From a virus: a stretch of 42,299 nucleotides of DNA. Made by a program: the position numbers and the translations under genes. The stretch is taken from the IMG/VR virus record IMGVR_UViG_3300039208_000711; one strand, written 5' to 3'. The notes beneath the pieces are model-generated. The model searched no databases and had not been told where the DNA came from. It saw only the letters and a list, made by a program, of their open reading frames with translations. Positions 25,338-33,513 of this stretch are shown piece by piece (within the stretch, counting starts at the first letter, position 1; every line of letters begins with the position of its first letter).

Positions 25338-25573
25338 CCCCTAAAAAACCAATAGGATCCTGGACTCAATGCATAAACCCGTTTGACAACCCGGTAAAAC
25401 ACTTCTTCTTCAGGGGAACGCAACTGCCAAACGACATTGCAAAGATATGCCCCATATGCTGGTACGAGGCAAAAAAGAAGAATGGAACCCTGAAATCTGC
25501 ATACACAAGAATTGGCACAGACGCCCAGATAAGCCACGGTGCAAAATGTACTCCAGAGGCTGACAGTTTATGA
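25334..25573 (+). CDS. Hypothetical protein (79 aa, CPIC motif)
   Basis: ORF from the track. Confidence 0.45.
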   Translation: MTPKKPIGSWTQCINPFDNPVKHFFFRGTQLPNDIAKICPICWYEAKKKNGTLKSAYTRIGTDAQISHGAKCTPEADSL

Positions 25574-25743
25574 CTACAGGCAAGGAAATGTGCGAACTTA
25601 TCTCTAAATGGCTCAAAGATACAGGGCACCCAGAACACACCCCAGAAGAGATTTGGAATTATTCTCCTACGGGAGAATTGAGTCTTGTGTTTGAATTGTA
25701 TGGAGTAGCGAAAAAATATTACGCGGAGAAAGATCATCAATGA
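25570..25743 (+). CDS. Hypothetical mini-protein (57 aa)
   Basis: Hand-translated as MTTGKEMCELISKWLKDTGHPEH..., with ATGA overlaps at both ends. Confidence 0.4.
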   Translation: MTTGKEMCELISKWLKDTGHPEHTPEEIWNYSPTGELSLVFELYGVAKKYYAEKDHQ

Positions 25744-26180
25744 CAAAACAAGCATACATGCCAAAATCAAAGTCAGACGTCCACATCACTCCTGACAGAG
25801 TATTTGATATAATAGAGAAAAAATGGGGATACAAAAAGGAGGATATGTACGATCCTTGCCCTGCAGATACTCCACACAAGGCACCTTGCTTCTTCAACGG
25901 ACTGTACCTTCCCTACAAGGAACTGAACTTCATCAACCCCCCTTACGGAAGAAAACCCAAGGAGTCCCACACTGAACTTGCAAAGTTTGTCTTCAAGACG
26001 ATTGCGGAATCATTTCTTCACAAGGTGAGTGTCATGCTGCTTCCTGTAAAGACAGAACAGCCCTGGTTCCACTTTATTCTTGCAGGCAAATATGACATTC
26101 ACTGGATAGAGAAGAGACTGCACTTCAAGAACGACCCAGACCAAGCCACTCAGCCGCATCTCCTGGTGAGAATAACATGA
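25740..26180 (+). CDS. DNA N6-adenine methyltransferase (phage Dam-like, small)
   Basis: Contains HITPDRVFDIIEKKWG, NGL..., INPPYG (motif IV), MLLPVKTEQPWFH, and RLHFKND..ATQPHLLV. This arrangement is typical of the phage N6-A methyltransferase family. Confidence 0.75.
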   Translation: MTKQAYMPKSKSDVHITPDRVFDIIEKKWGYKKEDMYDPCPADTPHKAPCFFNGLYLPYKELNFINPPYGRKPKESHTELAKFVFKTIAESFLHKVSVMLLPVKTEQPWFHFILAGKYDIHWIEKRLHFKNDPDQATQPHLLVRIT

Positions 26181-26635
26181 CGACGAAATTCATTCTCGGT
26201 GATGAACATAATATTCCCACATTTACTCATACTGCAGAATGGTTTGATGTGTTTGGCAAACCCCGTCTTGGAATCCGAGATGCAGTTCCAGAACATAAGA
26301 CAATCTACTCCAAATGGATAGCAAAAGGAGAGTCAGATGTCTTTGTACAGCCAGGACTGTTTGGAATGCAACTCGGGCTAAAACTTGAGTTGCATGACGA
26401 GGGCAAAGACCGACTGGAATTTCTCATAAAACTTGAGCGTGGGCAACTTGAACGTCTCATTTCCAATCCTCAACTTGGAATGATCATATTTGACGAGGAA
26501 GGGCACCTTTTGTATCCTTTTGCCATTCCTCCACTAAGAAGCGGCGACGAACTGCTAAAAATGCACATGGTAAAAACCACGTTCGATTCTGTATTTGGAG
26601 TGGACAAACATGGGAGATTGAGAAAGAATGGTTAA
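26177..26635 (+). CDS. Hypothetical protein (152 aa)
   Basis: ORF from the track, with an ATGA overlap upstream. Confidence 0.5.
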   Translation: MTTKFILGDEHNIPTFTHTAEWFDVFGKPRLGIRDAVPEHKTIYSKWIAKGESDVFVQPGLFGMQLGLKLELHDEGKDRLEFLIKLERGQLERLISNPQLGMIIFDEEGHLLYPFAIPPLRSGDELLKMHMVKTTFDSVFGVDKHGRLRKNG

Positions 26636-26653
26636 GAAGAAAGAATATCCCAA

Positions 26654-26869
26654 ATGCATAAGAGACTGCGGGAGAAGAACAAACACTGCCAACCAGATAT
26701 GCAGGTTGTGCTCTTTGTGGGAGATGTTCAGGAATTGATTGAGAAATTCATTTGTCTCCTTAGAGGGCATTCATGGGCGGGAGGTTCATGGTATATTATG
26801 CAAAAAGGAATAGGACTTGACAGAAGATTGTGTGGACGATGTTGTGAAGAAAGGAGTTTTGTGGAATGA
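26654..26869 (+). CDS. Hypothetical protein (71 aa; start uncertain)
   Basis: ORF from the track. A competing 36-aa zinc-ribbon ORF (26628..26738, MVKKKEYPKCIRDCG...CRLC) overlaps it in another frame. Confidence 0.35.
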   Translation: MHKRLREKNKHCQPDMQVVLFVGDVQELIEKFICLLRGHSWAGGSWYIMQKGIGLDRRLCGRCCEERSFVE

Positions 26870-27063
26870 AAATCTGTCCTAGATGTCATAGAGAATGTTT
26901 GAATGAAGAGGATGTAATGAATTCAATCTCCCATGTTGGAGATAATATTCTGATTTGTAATGAATGTGGTAAACAACAGGGGTTTGTCGGTATGAATTAC
27001 TCTGATGATCCTGTCGAAATTGCAATGGAAGAGCGATTCAGAAAGGAGCTGGGTAGCAAATGA
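26866..27063 (+). CDS. Zinc-ribbon protein (65 aa; CPRC and CNEC motifs)
   Basis: ORF from the track, with ATGA overlaps. Confidence 0.5.
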   Translation: MKICPRCHRECLNEEDVMNSISHVGDNILICNECGKQQGFVGMNYSDDPVEIAMEERFRKELGSK

Positions 27064-27452
27064 AACTAACTAAAGAGGATTTCAAGTTACACCAATGTAC
27101 TCCTGAAGAATCGTACATGTTCATTGCTAACTATAATCCCTATGAAGTAATTGACCAAATCCTAGAGAACCAGGAAAAGGCAGAGATCATACAAGAATGC
27201 CACAATCTACTAATCAATGAGTTGCACTCACTCGAGTACAAAGACATCCCTACACAAATAAGAATATTGAAACAAGATAATTATCGACTAGAACAGGAAA
27301 ACAAACAACTCAAAGAGATAGTAGAGAGACTGAAAAAACGAATCGAATTCTTCAAGAATGGACCGGAATACCTACATGACACACCAAATACCTGGTGGAT
27401 TAATGAGTTGGAAGGAAGAATCCTCAAAGGAGACATAAATGAACCACAATGA
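27060..27452 (+). CDS. Coiled-coil protein (130 aa)
   Basis: ORF from the track. Confidence 0.5.
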   Translation: MKLTKEDFKLHQCTPEESYMFIANYNPYEVIDQILENQEKAEIIQECHNLLINELHSLEYKDIPTQIRILKQDNYRLEQENKQLKEIVERLKKRIEFFKNGPEYLHDTPNTWWINELEGRILKGDINEPQ

Positions 27453-27609
27453 CGCTTTTCCCCTATTTTGTAAATCTTGCAAGTCTTACGTCTCTATCCA
27501 ATGCAAATCTTGCCCTATGTGCAGTGGAGTCCTGGAAACTCACAACAAAGTTAACAAGGCTCTACGTCAACTTTTTCTTTCCATCAGGAGGACTATATTT
27601 CAGGCATGA
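27439..27609 (+). CDS. Zinc-ribbon mini-protein (56 aa)
   Basis: Hand-translated as MNHNDAFPLFCKSCKSYVSIQCKSCPMCSG... Confidence 0.4.
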   Translation: MNHNDAFPLFCKSCKSYVSIQCKSCPMCSGVLETHNKVNKALRQLFLSIRRTIFQA

Positions 27610-27704
27610 CGCGGACTAACAAGCTCATTGTGTTTGCATATGGGACAGGTCTGGTGCTTGGATTCGGACTCTTCTACATATACCTGACAGTGAGGCCGTA
27701 CTGA
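27606..27704 (+). CDS. Single-TM mini-protein (32 aa)
   Basis: Hand-translated as MTRTNKLIVFAYGTGLVLGFGLFYIYLTVRPY. Confidence 0.35.
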   Translation: MTRTNKLIVFAYGTGLVLGFGLFYIYLTVRPY

Positions 27705-27705
27705 G

Positions 27706-28035
27706 ATGACGCCACGACCACCAATATACTCTATGGGCAACCTTGATGAAAACGGAAAACCACATAATGACACAAAATGCAAGAAATGCGGAAAGAGGGT
27801 TCCTGACATTATAGAACACGCCAAGCATTGCAAAGGTGGTTTTACAACTAGGTACGACCACACAGAAACACTGGTCACCAAGATGGTTCTATCCACAATT
27901 AACAGGTACAAGTATCCAAATACATGCAATGAATGCCAAAAGGAGATAAAACTCGCAGATTATGTCAGAATGACCAAGGATAAAAAAACAAAAAAGACAA
28001 CAATTACTCATGAGTGGTGCCTAAAGAATGCCTAA
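27706..28035 (+). CDS. Zinc-finger protein (109 aa)
   Basis: ORF from the track, containing CKKCG..H..HC and CNEC. Confidence 0.5.
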   Translation: MTPRPPIYSMGNLDENGKPHNDTKCKKCGKRVPDIIEHAKHCKGGFTTRYDHTETLVTKMVLSTINRYKYPNTCNECQKEIKLADYVRMTKDKKTKKTTITHEWCLKNA

Positions 28036-28213
28036 GAAAGGAAAATCAATCACCATGAACTCCAAAACCGCAGACAGAATCCAAGAGTATTGCGGTTCCT
28101 GGGAACTGTCTGTAACCAAATTGATAGAACTGAAACTCCACGAGAAAGAGAAGCTGAGAAACATGGCAGACAAGATCACTAAAATTCCCCCTACCGTAAG
28201 AAGATACACATGA
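28028..28213 (+). CDS. Possible RHH-like DNA-binding protein (61 aa)
   Basis: ORF from the track. KSITMNSKTADRIQEY looks like a beta-strand followed by a helix. Confidence 0.4.
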   Translation: MPKKGKSITMNSKTADRIQEYCGSWELSVTKLIELKLHEKEKLRNMADKITKIPPTVRRYT

Positions 28214-28344
28214 ACAAACCTCGACTTTATTATGCGCAAGGAGTATGCGTAGTTTCACTGGACCATGACAACCTGAGAATGGAGCACATAGAAATTAACA
28301 AAACACAATGGAAAGAGGATGGAATGGGGTTCGGCCTTGAGTAA
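28210..28344 (+). CDS. Hypothetical mini-protein (44 aa)
   Basis: Hand-translated as MNKPRLYYAQGVCVVSLDHDNLRMEHIEINK..., with an ATGA overlap upstream. Confidence 0.3.
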   Translation: MNKPRLYYAQGVCVVSLDHDNLRMEHIEINKTQWKEDGMGFGLE

Positions 28345-28588
28345 ATACTATGACGTCCACATCGCAGCATTTGAGAAAGTGTTTAATGATGACAAGATAC
28401 CAATGCGTCTCAAAAAACGAATTATAAAAGAGATGTATCGCTCAGAGCAGGACGCATGGCTGGATCTTCACCACTACCAGAAAATACTGGAGAACAGGCT
28501 CAAAATACTAAGCGATAAAAAACAGCACAGGAAGAACCGTCCCAGAGGACTGAGATATCATCCTCGATCTGAGAGGCTAACTTATTAA
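28319..28588 (+). CDS. Hypothetical basic protein (89 aa)
   Basis: ORF from the track. Confidence 0.45.
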   Translation: MEWGSALSKYYDVHIAAFEKVFNDDKIPMRLKKRIIKEMYRSEQDAWLDLHHYQKILENRLKILSDKKQHRKNRPRGLRYHPRSERLTY

Positions 28589-28804
28589 TCCCTAGGACTA
28601 TACCATTTTACACACCTTGGATGTGAACAGACCATGTGTGTGTTTAGTAGAACCGATCAAAGTTAGAGCGATGTGACCGCGCATGTAGCGCTTCTTAGTG
28701 GATAAGCTAACAGACAATAAGAAATAAAAAAATAATAGAGACAGTAACTCTTCTGAGTTAAAGTTATAAAGTAGAGTAAAGTAAAGTAACTATTGAAACG
28801 CAAC

Positions 28805-29002
28805 ATGCACAAGACTCTGGATAGAATCGCCAAACAAATCCGCAAAGAGAAACGGATGGACATCGTCAAGTTCTGTGATGTGTTGAATCTCAGCCCTTCA
28901 TCATTTTACAATTATCGTAAGTTTATCGTGTCTCGCTATCCCGACATTATCTATGAGAACGGTGAATTTCAAGTGTTGGAGTCTGAAAATAATGCCGTAT
29001 AG
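28805..29002 (+). CDS. Helix-turn-helix DNA-binding protein (65 aa)
   Basis: Track ORF 28793..29002, with the start moved to ATG 28805. MDIVKFCDVLNLSPSSFYNYRK is HTH-like. Confidence 0.5.
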   Translation: MHKTLDRIAKQIRKEKRMDIVKFCDVLNLSPSSFYNYRKFIVSRYPDIIYENGEFQVLESENNAV

Positions 29003-29447
29003 TAAGCGTTGGGAATTATATCACATTCTGGGTGGAGGATGTGTAGGATGTGGAAATCAGAATTTTGGGGAGATACAGATAGATCATGTGTATAATGATG
29101 GCCACATAGACCGTGACTTTTACACTAATAATGAAGCAAGATATGCTGACCGTCCTCAAAGAGCTAAGGAAAGATTACAATTATTATGCAAAAAGTGCCA
29201 TATTTACAAACATTCTGGACGAACATTGACTCCTGCACAGGAACGTCGAAAGAAGATGCTTTTGTTTATGGATATACTGGCGTTCCATGAAACTGTACAA
29301 AAAATTCCTGTCTCTGAATCTGTTTTGGTATCTGCTCTAAAGGCAACATCCACATTCAAATTTGATGAACCTATCTCATACATCAGACTGATGTTAAGAC
29401 AAGCAAGTATCTATGAATCACAACCGGGGTATTACAATCGTGTTTAA
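28992..29447 (+). CDS. HNH endonuclease-domain protein (151 aa)
   Basis: Contains CVGCG....IQIDHVYNDGH....LLCKKCHIYKH. The start is taken at ATG 28992, within track ORF 28953..29447. Confidence 0.65.
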   Translation: MPYSKRWELYHILGGGCVGCGNQNFGEIQIDHVYNDGHIDRDFYTNNEARYADRPQRAKERLQLLCKKCHIYKHSGRTLTPAQERRKKMLLFMDILAFHETVQKIPVSESVLVSALKATSTFKFDEPISYIRLMLRQASIYESQPGYYNRV

Positions 29448-29468
29448 CAAGGAGTTTGAGTTCGACCC

Positions 29469-29642
29469 ATGAATAGTGTAAAATTATTAGAAGAGTTTGA
29501 ATGTGGCTGCAATATCATAAAAGATTCTGAATGGAGATGGAGAATAATCACATGTTTGAATCATTCTAAACACACGGAAAAAGAGGGCTATCACAGGCTA
29601 ATCACCTTGGATAAACCCATCATGGAGATGATTCATCCATGA
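29469..29642 (+). CDS. Hypothetical mini-protein (57 aa)
   Basis: Hand-translated as MNSVKLLEEFECGCNIIKDSEWRWRIITCLNHSKH... Confidence 0.35.
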   Translation: MNSVKLLEEFECGCNIIKDSEWRWRIITCLNHSKHTEKEGYHRLITLDKPIMEMIHP

Positions 29643-29839
29643 ACGCCGAAGCAAGACGTGCCATGAGACTGATGGAACTGACCGGATACTTTAAGATCGT
29701 ATATGACAAGACAGGCGGAAACGAGACAAACAAGGCAGAAAAGGCATACAGTGAGACTATGATACGTGCCAAGAAATACGCCTCCCCCCAGACTGCAAAA
29801 GAGTATCTGGACGAAGTATTGAGGAGGGTAAGCAAATGA
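29639..29839 (+). CDS. Hypothetical protein (66 aa)
   Basis: ORF from the track, with ATGA overlaps. Confidence 0.45.
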   Translation: MNAEARRAMRLMELTGYFKIVYDKTGGNETNKAEKAYSETMIRAKKYASPQTAKEYLDEVLRRVSK

Positions 29840-29958
29840 CACAAGAAGAAGATGAAACACAAATTTACTACGTAAAGCGAGAAATTAAAATAATCATAGC
29901 CAAATCCATAGGACTAGGCTTTGTTCTTGGAATTACTGTGGGGGCGTTGCTAGGATGA
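29836..29958 (+). CDS. Single-TM mini-protein (40 aa)
   Basis: Hand-translated as MTQEEDETQIYYVKREIKIIIAKSIGLGFVLGITVGALLG. Confidence 0.35.
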   Translation: MTQEEDETQIYYVKREIKIIIAKSIGLGFVLGITVGALLG

Positions 29959-30083
29959 CAAATTCCTTAAACTGTCGCATCTGCGGTGAAAAAGCAGACC
30001 CACAAACAAAAGAAGACCTTTGCCTTTACTGTGAGAACAATTTTGGGTCAGATGAACCAGAAGGAGAGAATTGGGATGACTGA
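29955..30083 (+). CDS. Zinc-ribbon mini-protein (42 aa), paralogue of 33514..33660
   Basis: Hand-translated as MTNSLNCRICGEKADPQTKEDLCLYCENNF... 23 of its first 25 nt are identical to 33514-33538. Confidence 0.4.
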   Translation: MTNSLNCRICGEKADPQTKEDLCLYCENNFGSDEPEGENWDD

Positions 30084-30225
30084 TGCAACAAATCAACGAA
30101 AAAGTAACACATGCTCTCATGACTTGATTTTCAAGGAATCAGTGCTAAACGATGATCATTGGTATTGTAGACATTGTTTCACACCAATAAAAGATACCAC
30201 ACGTTACAATATGGAGGAAAAGTAA
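30076..30225 (+). CDS. Zinc-finger mini-protein (49 aa)
   Basis: This is the in-frame ATG within track ORF 29986..30225. Sequence: MTDATNQRKSNTCSHD...WYCRHC. Confidence 0.4.
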   Translation: MTDATNQRKSNTCSHDLIFKESVLNDDHWYCRHCFTPIKDTTRYNMEEK

Positions 30226-30228
30226 CAC

Positions 30229-30378
30229 ATGACTGATTTCTGGACATCTCTTGCAATCGGAGCAGTAGGAGGATTTACAGCAGGAGGTACAATCATCGGC
30301 ATCATTTTATTGTTGGAGAAACTGGATGATATTAAAAGACAGAAGATGTGGGAGAAGAGTGACAAATGCACGACCTAG
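30229..30378 (+). CDS. TM mini-protein with a charged C-terminus (49 aa; holin-like topology)
   Basis: Hand-translated as MTDFWTSLAIGAVGGFTAGGTIIGIILLLEKLDDIKRQKMWEK... Confidence 0.35.
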   Translation: MTDFWTSLAIGAVGGFTAGGTIIGIILLLEKLDDIKRQKMWEKSDKCTT

Positions 30379-30449
30379 TAAAGTCAACCTTTATTGTATT
30401 TACAACAGGACTTGGTATTGGTATGGTGATTGGGTGGTTGGTGTTCTGA
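30366..30449 (+). CDS. Single-TM mini-protein (27 aa)
   Basis: Hand-translated as MHDLVKSTFIVFTTGLGIGMVIGWLVF. Confidence 0.25.
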   Translation: MHDLVKSTFIVFTTGLGIGMVIGWLVF

Positions 30450-30450
30450 A

Positions 30451-30669
30451 ATGACTGAAAAGAAATTGGAGAAAGAAGAGAAATGCAAATATTGTGTGGA
30501 TGGAAAACGTTTTGAATATTTCAAGGAACCAATGCATGTTTGTCTTGATGAAAATAGAGAGATGACATCTGGGCTATGTAATGCTGTAATGAATGGTCAG
30601 GATGTAAAATGTGAATGGTGTTGTGGCACAGGAATTCACACACCACTTTCGGAGGATCCTTACATATGA
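30451..30669 (+). CDS. Cys-rich zinc-binding protein (72 aa)
   Basis: Track ORF 30430..30669, with the start moved to ATG 30451. Contains CKYC...C...CEWCCGTG. Confidence 0.45.
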   Translation: MTEKKLEKEEKCKYCVDGKRFEYFKEPMHVCLDENREMTSGLCNAVMNGQDVKCEWCCGTGIHTPLSEDPYI

Positions 30670-30818
30670 CTGACTATTGCAAGATATGTCTGACTGAAGC
30701 CGTTGCCCTTGATGACTGGTTTCTCAAGACTAAACCGGCACACGGCAAAACAGCAGTCATTGAATGTGTATGTCCTTGGTGTGTGGATGAGATGATGAAA
30801 AAAGGAGAAAAGTCATGA
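30666..30818 (+). CDS. Zinc-ribbon mini-protein (50 aa)
   Basis: In-frame ATG 30666 with an ATGA overlap. Sequence: MTDYCKICL...CVCPWC. Confidence 0.4.
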   Translation: MTDYCKICLTEAVALDDWFLKTKPAHGKTAVIECVCPWCVDEMMKKGEKS

Positions 30819-31336
30819 CTGAAGTTTCTGACATTGTGCAAAAACTAAAGATCTACACATGTGCATCCGGAATCTGTGATTTTCTGGGATTTGAATACTT
30901 TTTTGACATAGACCGAGGAAACAGGGAGACTGCCCTTATCTTCAACAGGGAGACAGGAGACGTAAGAATACCAAAGCCATTTGAAAAAGCAGAAGACATC
31001 GCATGGCCAGAAAAATACAAGGTTCCCGATGTCGCCTCTAGAAAAAACCTGATTGTCTTTGAGTATGAGGAGGAGACAGGCCCAAGAAGGACAGGCGCAC
31101 ATATGGCCAAAAAAGGACATGGACATCCAGAAGACGAATACACCAGAAAAGATGCCGAGAAATACGACTGCTACAAGAGAGGAAACGTGAGATATCTCAG
31201 GGTATGGGAATCTGAGATGAAGGATCCTGTGTTATGGAGGGCAAAGATTGCAGAATTTCTGATAAAATGCTACTGGCAGGACCATACCGAGCTTGCGAAA
31301 GTCATGGAGCCGATACCTGACATGGAGGGGAATTAA
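30815..31336 (+). CDS. Possible PD-(D/E)xK (Vsr/DUF559-like) nuclease
   Basis: 173 aa. LIVFEYEEE...TRKDAEKYDCYKRGNVRYLRVWESE resembles the E.D/E...RD...G..V.R.WE layout of Vsr/DUF559 nucleases. The similarity is weak. Confidence 0.3.
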   Translation: MTEVSDIVQKLKIYTCASGICDFLGFEYFFDIDRGNRETALIFNRETGDVRIPKPFEKAEDIAWPEKYKVPDVASRKNLIVFEYEEETGPRRTGAHMAKKGHGHPEDEYTRKDAEKYDCYKRGNVRYLRVWESEMKDPVLWRAKIAEFLIKCYWQDHTELAKVMEPIPDMEGN

Positions 31337-31337
31337 G

Positions 31338-31520
31338 ATGTGGATTTGTAAACTGAGAGGCCATAACTATGACGGGTCATACTCGATAACTCCCGAGGGT
31401 GGTAAGAAAATTGATTGGATTTTGATTTGTTCCCGATGTGGGAATGTGATTGATTTGACACATGTTATAGAGAAATTTCTAGCGGCACCACAAACGACAA
31501 AAGGAGAAACGAGTCAATGA
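31338..31520 (+). CDS. Zinc-ribbon mini-protein (60 aa)
   Basis: Sequence: MWICKLRGHNYDG...CSRCG. The ATG lies 1 nt after the upstream stop. Confidence 0.4.
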   Translation: MWICKLRGHNYDGSYSITPEGGKKIDWILICSRCGNVIDLTHVIEKFLAAPQTTKGETSQ

Positions 31521-31741
31521 AAATTAGAGAATATTTTGATACATTAGATACTGAACAACTTGAACAAATTAAAGAATTGATAGACAGGATTCATCGCTTA
31601 AGAAAAGAATATGAGGATGTTGTTAGAGAACGTCAAAGAGACAAAAACTATCAGGGTTGGTGTAATGAATCAATCCGCCTGGATACAATAAATGAGATCT
31701 TACAATCCGACAGAATTACTTCTGGGGTAGATGGTCAATGA
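31517..31741 (+). CDS. Hypothetical helical protein (74 aa)
   Basis: ORF from the track. Confidence 0.45.
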   Translation: MKIREYFDTLDTEQLEQIKELIDRIHRLRKEYEDVVRERQRDKNYQGWCNESIRLDTINEILQSDRITSGVDGQ

Positions 31742-31953
31742 CCTGCAAACTCCTCTGCATGGACTACAAGGTGACACGTTCTACCAGAACCATCTCCATG
31801 TACCAGCAAGGATACAAACGCTGCACAAACTGCGAGGTATACATGAACTGGGACGGCAACTACTGCCCATGCTGTTCCCTGAAACTACGAATAAAGCCAA
31901 GGGCCAAGCGATTGAGGGACCAACTAAAGGCAATGGAGGTAAAGACCAAATGA
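31738..31953 (+). CDS. Zinc-finger protein (71 aa)
   Basis: ATGA overlap upstream. Contains CTNC....CPCC followed by a basic tail. Confidence 0.45.
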   Translation: MTCKLLCMDYKVTRSTRTISMYQQGYKRCTNCEVYMNWDGNYCPCCSLKLRIKPRAKRLRDQLKAMEVKTK

Positions 31954-32052
31954 AAACATGCTCCTATGACGTCTGATTGCATAGAGACATGTTATGCCTG
32001 TCATGGGTGTGGGGTAGAATAAAAGAATGATAAAGAATAACTAGAGTTATAT

Positions 32053-32184
32053 ATGTCCACTACTTCTACTACCATAATGGCAAAACAGGTAACCTGTCCA
32101 AATTGCAGGCATTCTTGGGAGACCAAGAGCGAGTTGCGACGTGTTACCTGCAGTAGCTGTGGAGGCAAAATCAAAAATGAGTAG
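32053..32184 (+). CDS. Zinc-ribbon mini-protein (43 aa)
   Basis: Hand-translated as MSTTSTTIMAKQVTCPNCRHSWETKSELRRVTCSSCGGKIKNE. Confidence 0.4.
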   Translation: MSTTSTTIMAKQVTCPNCRHSWETKSELRRVTCSSCGGKIKNE

Positions 32185-33250
32185 AAATTATTATTCTAAT
32201 AATAATTTTGGTCAGCTAATTCCTTCTCTCTCGTTTTTGGCAGTTTCCATGATGTTACTGTCGGGAGGCATTTCATTAGCGTATGCAGACACACTCCCGT
32301 TGCCACAACTTTCAGATGAAAACGTTACCGGGGTCAATGTCTATACCAGCTTTCAATCCGATAACCGATGGACTACAGTAATCGAGGTTCAATACCAGGT
32401 TACCAGTCCTCTGGAAGTACCAGAAACCATTACTTATTTTTCAATTGACGGAACCCAGACAGAAGTAATTCCAGTCAGGGACCAATTTATCGAGGCAAAC
32501 ACGCCTGTAATTATCACTCCTGAAACCCTAACAGAAGAGGAGCAAAAACAGATTGACATCCAGAACAGACTGGAAGAAAATGAAAAGAAACAACAGGAGA
32601 TCAGGGACCAAAAACTAGACAAGGCACTGACATGCCTGTATGGCCAGACCGAAGATGGAACCATCACCTGGCAGGCAGAACGTGAAACCCTCAAGCTTCA
32701 AAAGACCACTTATTTCCACCAGTTACCTGCAGATTACCAATTAAAACAACTTGAACTCTGGACTGAAGAGTGCAAGATAAAGGAGAATTACTGGGCAACA
32801 AGCCATCCCTATTTCACCAACAAGGCATTAACCGAAGCCGTCGAGATTGACTGGCCTCTTGGGCTAGATGAGACAGATGCACCATGGACTGTAGATGTAA
32901 CGCCAGAAATGCTACAAGCAGAAGCCATCAGGGCCGAGAACATCCCAAAACACTGGAATGATCCATACCAAGGATTTACCGGAGCAGAACTAAACCCACC
33001 GGAAGGTCCACGGAACACATGTCAGCCAGTCCACTGGAGCATTGACGAGAGAGGAGAGTTCTGTCCATTACAGGATTATGCAAAATATGACTATCTTGAC
33101 AGAAATCCTGTAGACCAGGTAGAGCTTGCAATGATTCAGATGTGCGAGGCATATCTGCCTGCACCTGACGCTGCCCATTACAAGACAGCATGGGAGAACA
33201 GACAGGCCATCTTACAGCACTGCCCATTTGTAGGTGTGAGTGATGAATGA
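32177..33250 (+). CDS. Secreted protein (357 aa, signal peptide)
   Basis: Track ORF 32141..33250, with the start moved to ATG 32177. Signal peptide ...LAVSMMLLSGGISLAYA/DT and a central E/K/Q coiled coil. Confidence 0.55.
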   Translation: MSRNYYSNNNFGQLIPSLSFLAVSMMLLSGGISLAYADTLPLPQLSDENVTGVNVYTSFQSDNRWTTVIEVQYQVTSPLEVPETITYFSIDGTQTEVIPVRDQFIEANTPVIITPETLTEEEQKQIDIQNRLEENEKKQQEIRDQKLDKALTCLYGQTEDGTITWQAERETLKLQKTTYFHQLPADYQLKQLELWTEECKIKENYWATSHPYFTNKALTEAVEIDWPLGLDETDAPWTVDVTPEMLQAEAIRAENIPKHWNDPYQGFTGAELNPPEGPRNTCQPVHWSIDERGEFCPLQDYAKYDYLDRNPVDQVELAMIQMCEAYLPAPDAAHYKTAWENRQAILQHCPFVGVSDE

Positions 33251-33399
33251 CCAACAAAGCAACATTGTATCCATTGTTATGCTGTCAATGTCGTGAGACT
33301 GTAGCATACACAGAATACAATTATCAAGACCCTAATGAAATGAGTATTTTTGTATATTGTAAAGACTGTACCGATATTACAATTAATGAGACGAAATAA
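33247..33399 (+). CDS. Zinc-ribbon mini-protein (50 aa)
   Basis: Hand-translated as MTNKATLYPLLCCQCRETVAY...YCKDCTD... Confidence 0.4.
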   Translation: MTNKATLYPLLCCQCRETVAYTEYNYQDPNEMSIFVYCKDCTDITINETK

Positions 33400-33512
33400 T
33401 GACGTTCCTCAAAAACACCGATCTAGGCGACTTTTCCAAAGGTGCGCTCGTAGCGACTTGGGCCATGATATTTCTGTTGCTTGCATTGGCTGAGATGAGA
33501 GGTTGGGACTGA
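33399..33512 (+). CDS. Single-TM mini-protein (37 aa)
   Basis: Hand-translated as MTFLKNTDLGDFSKGALVATWAMIFLLLALAEMRGWD. Confidence 0.3.
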   Translation: MTFLKNTDLGDFSKGALVATWAMIFLLLALAEMRGWD

Positions 33513-33513
33513 T

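Noticed and set aside
26628-26738. 36-aa zinc-ribbon ORF (MVKKKEYPKCIRDCG...CRLC) overlapping track ORF 26654..26869
   Set aside because: It is plausible but mutually exclusive with much of the 71-aa ORF in another frame. I cannot decide between them without comparative data, so it is noted only in the evidence for 26654..26869.
28620-28720. tRNA or other known RNA gene in the 28.6-kb non-coding island
   Set aside because: Neither strand has a T-loop consensus or a foldable acceptor/anticodon arrangement.
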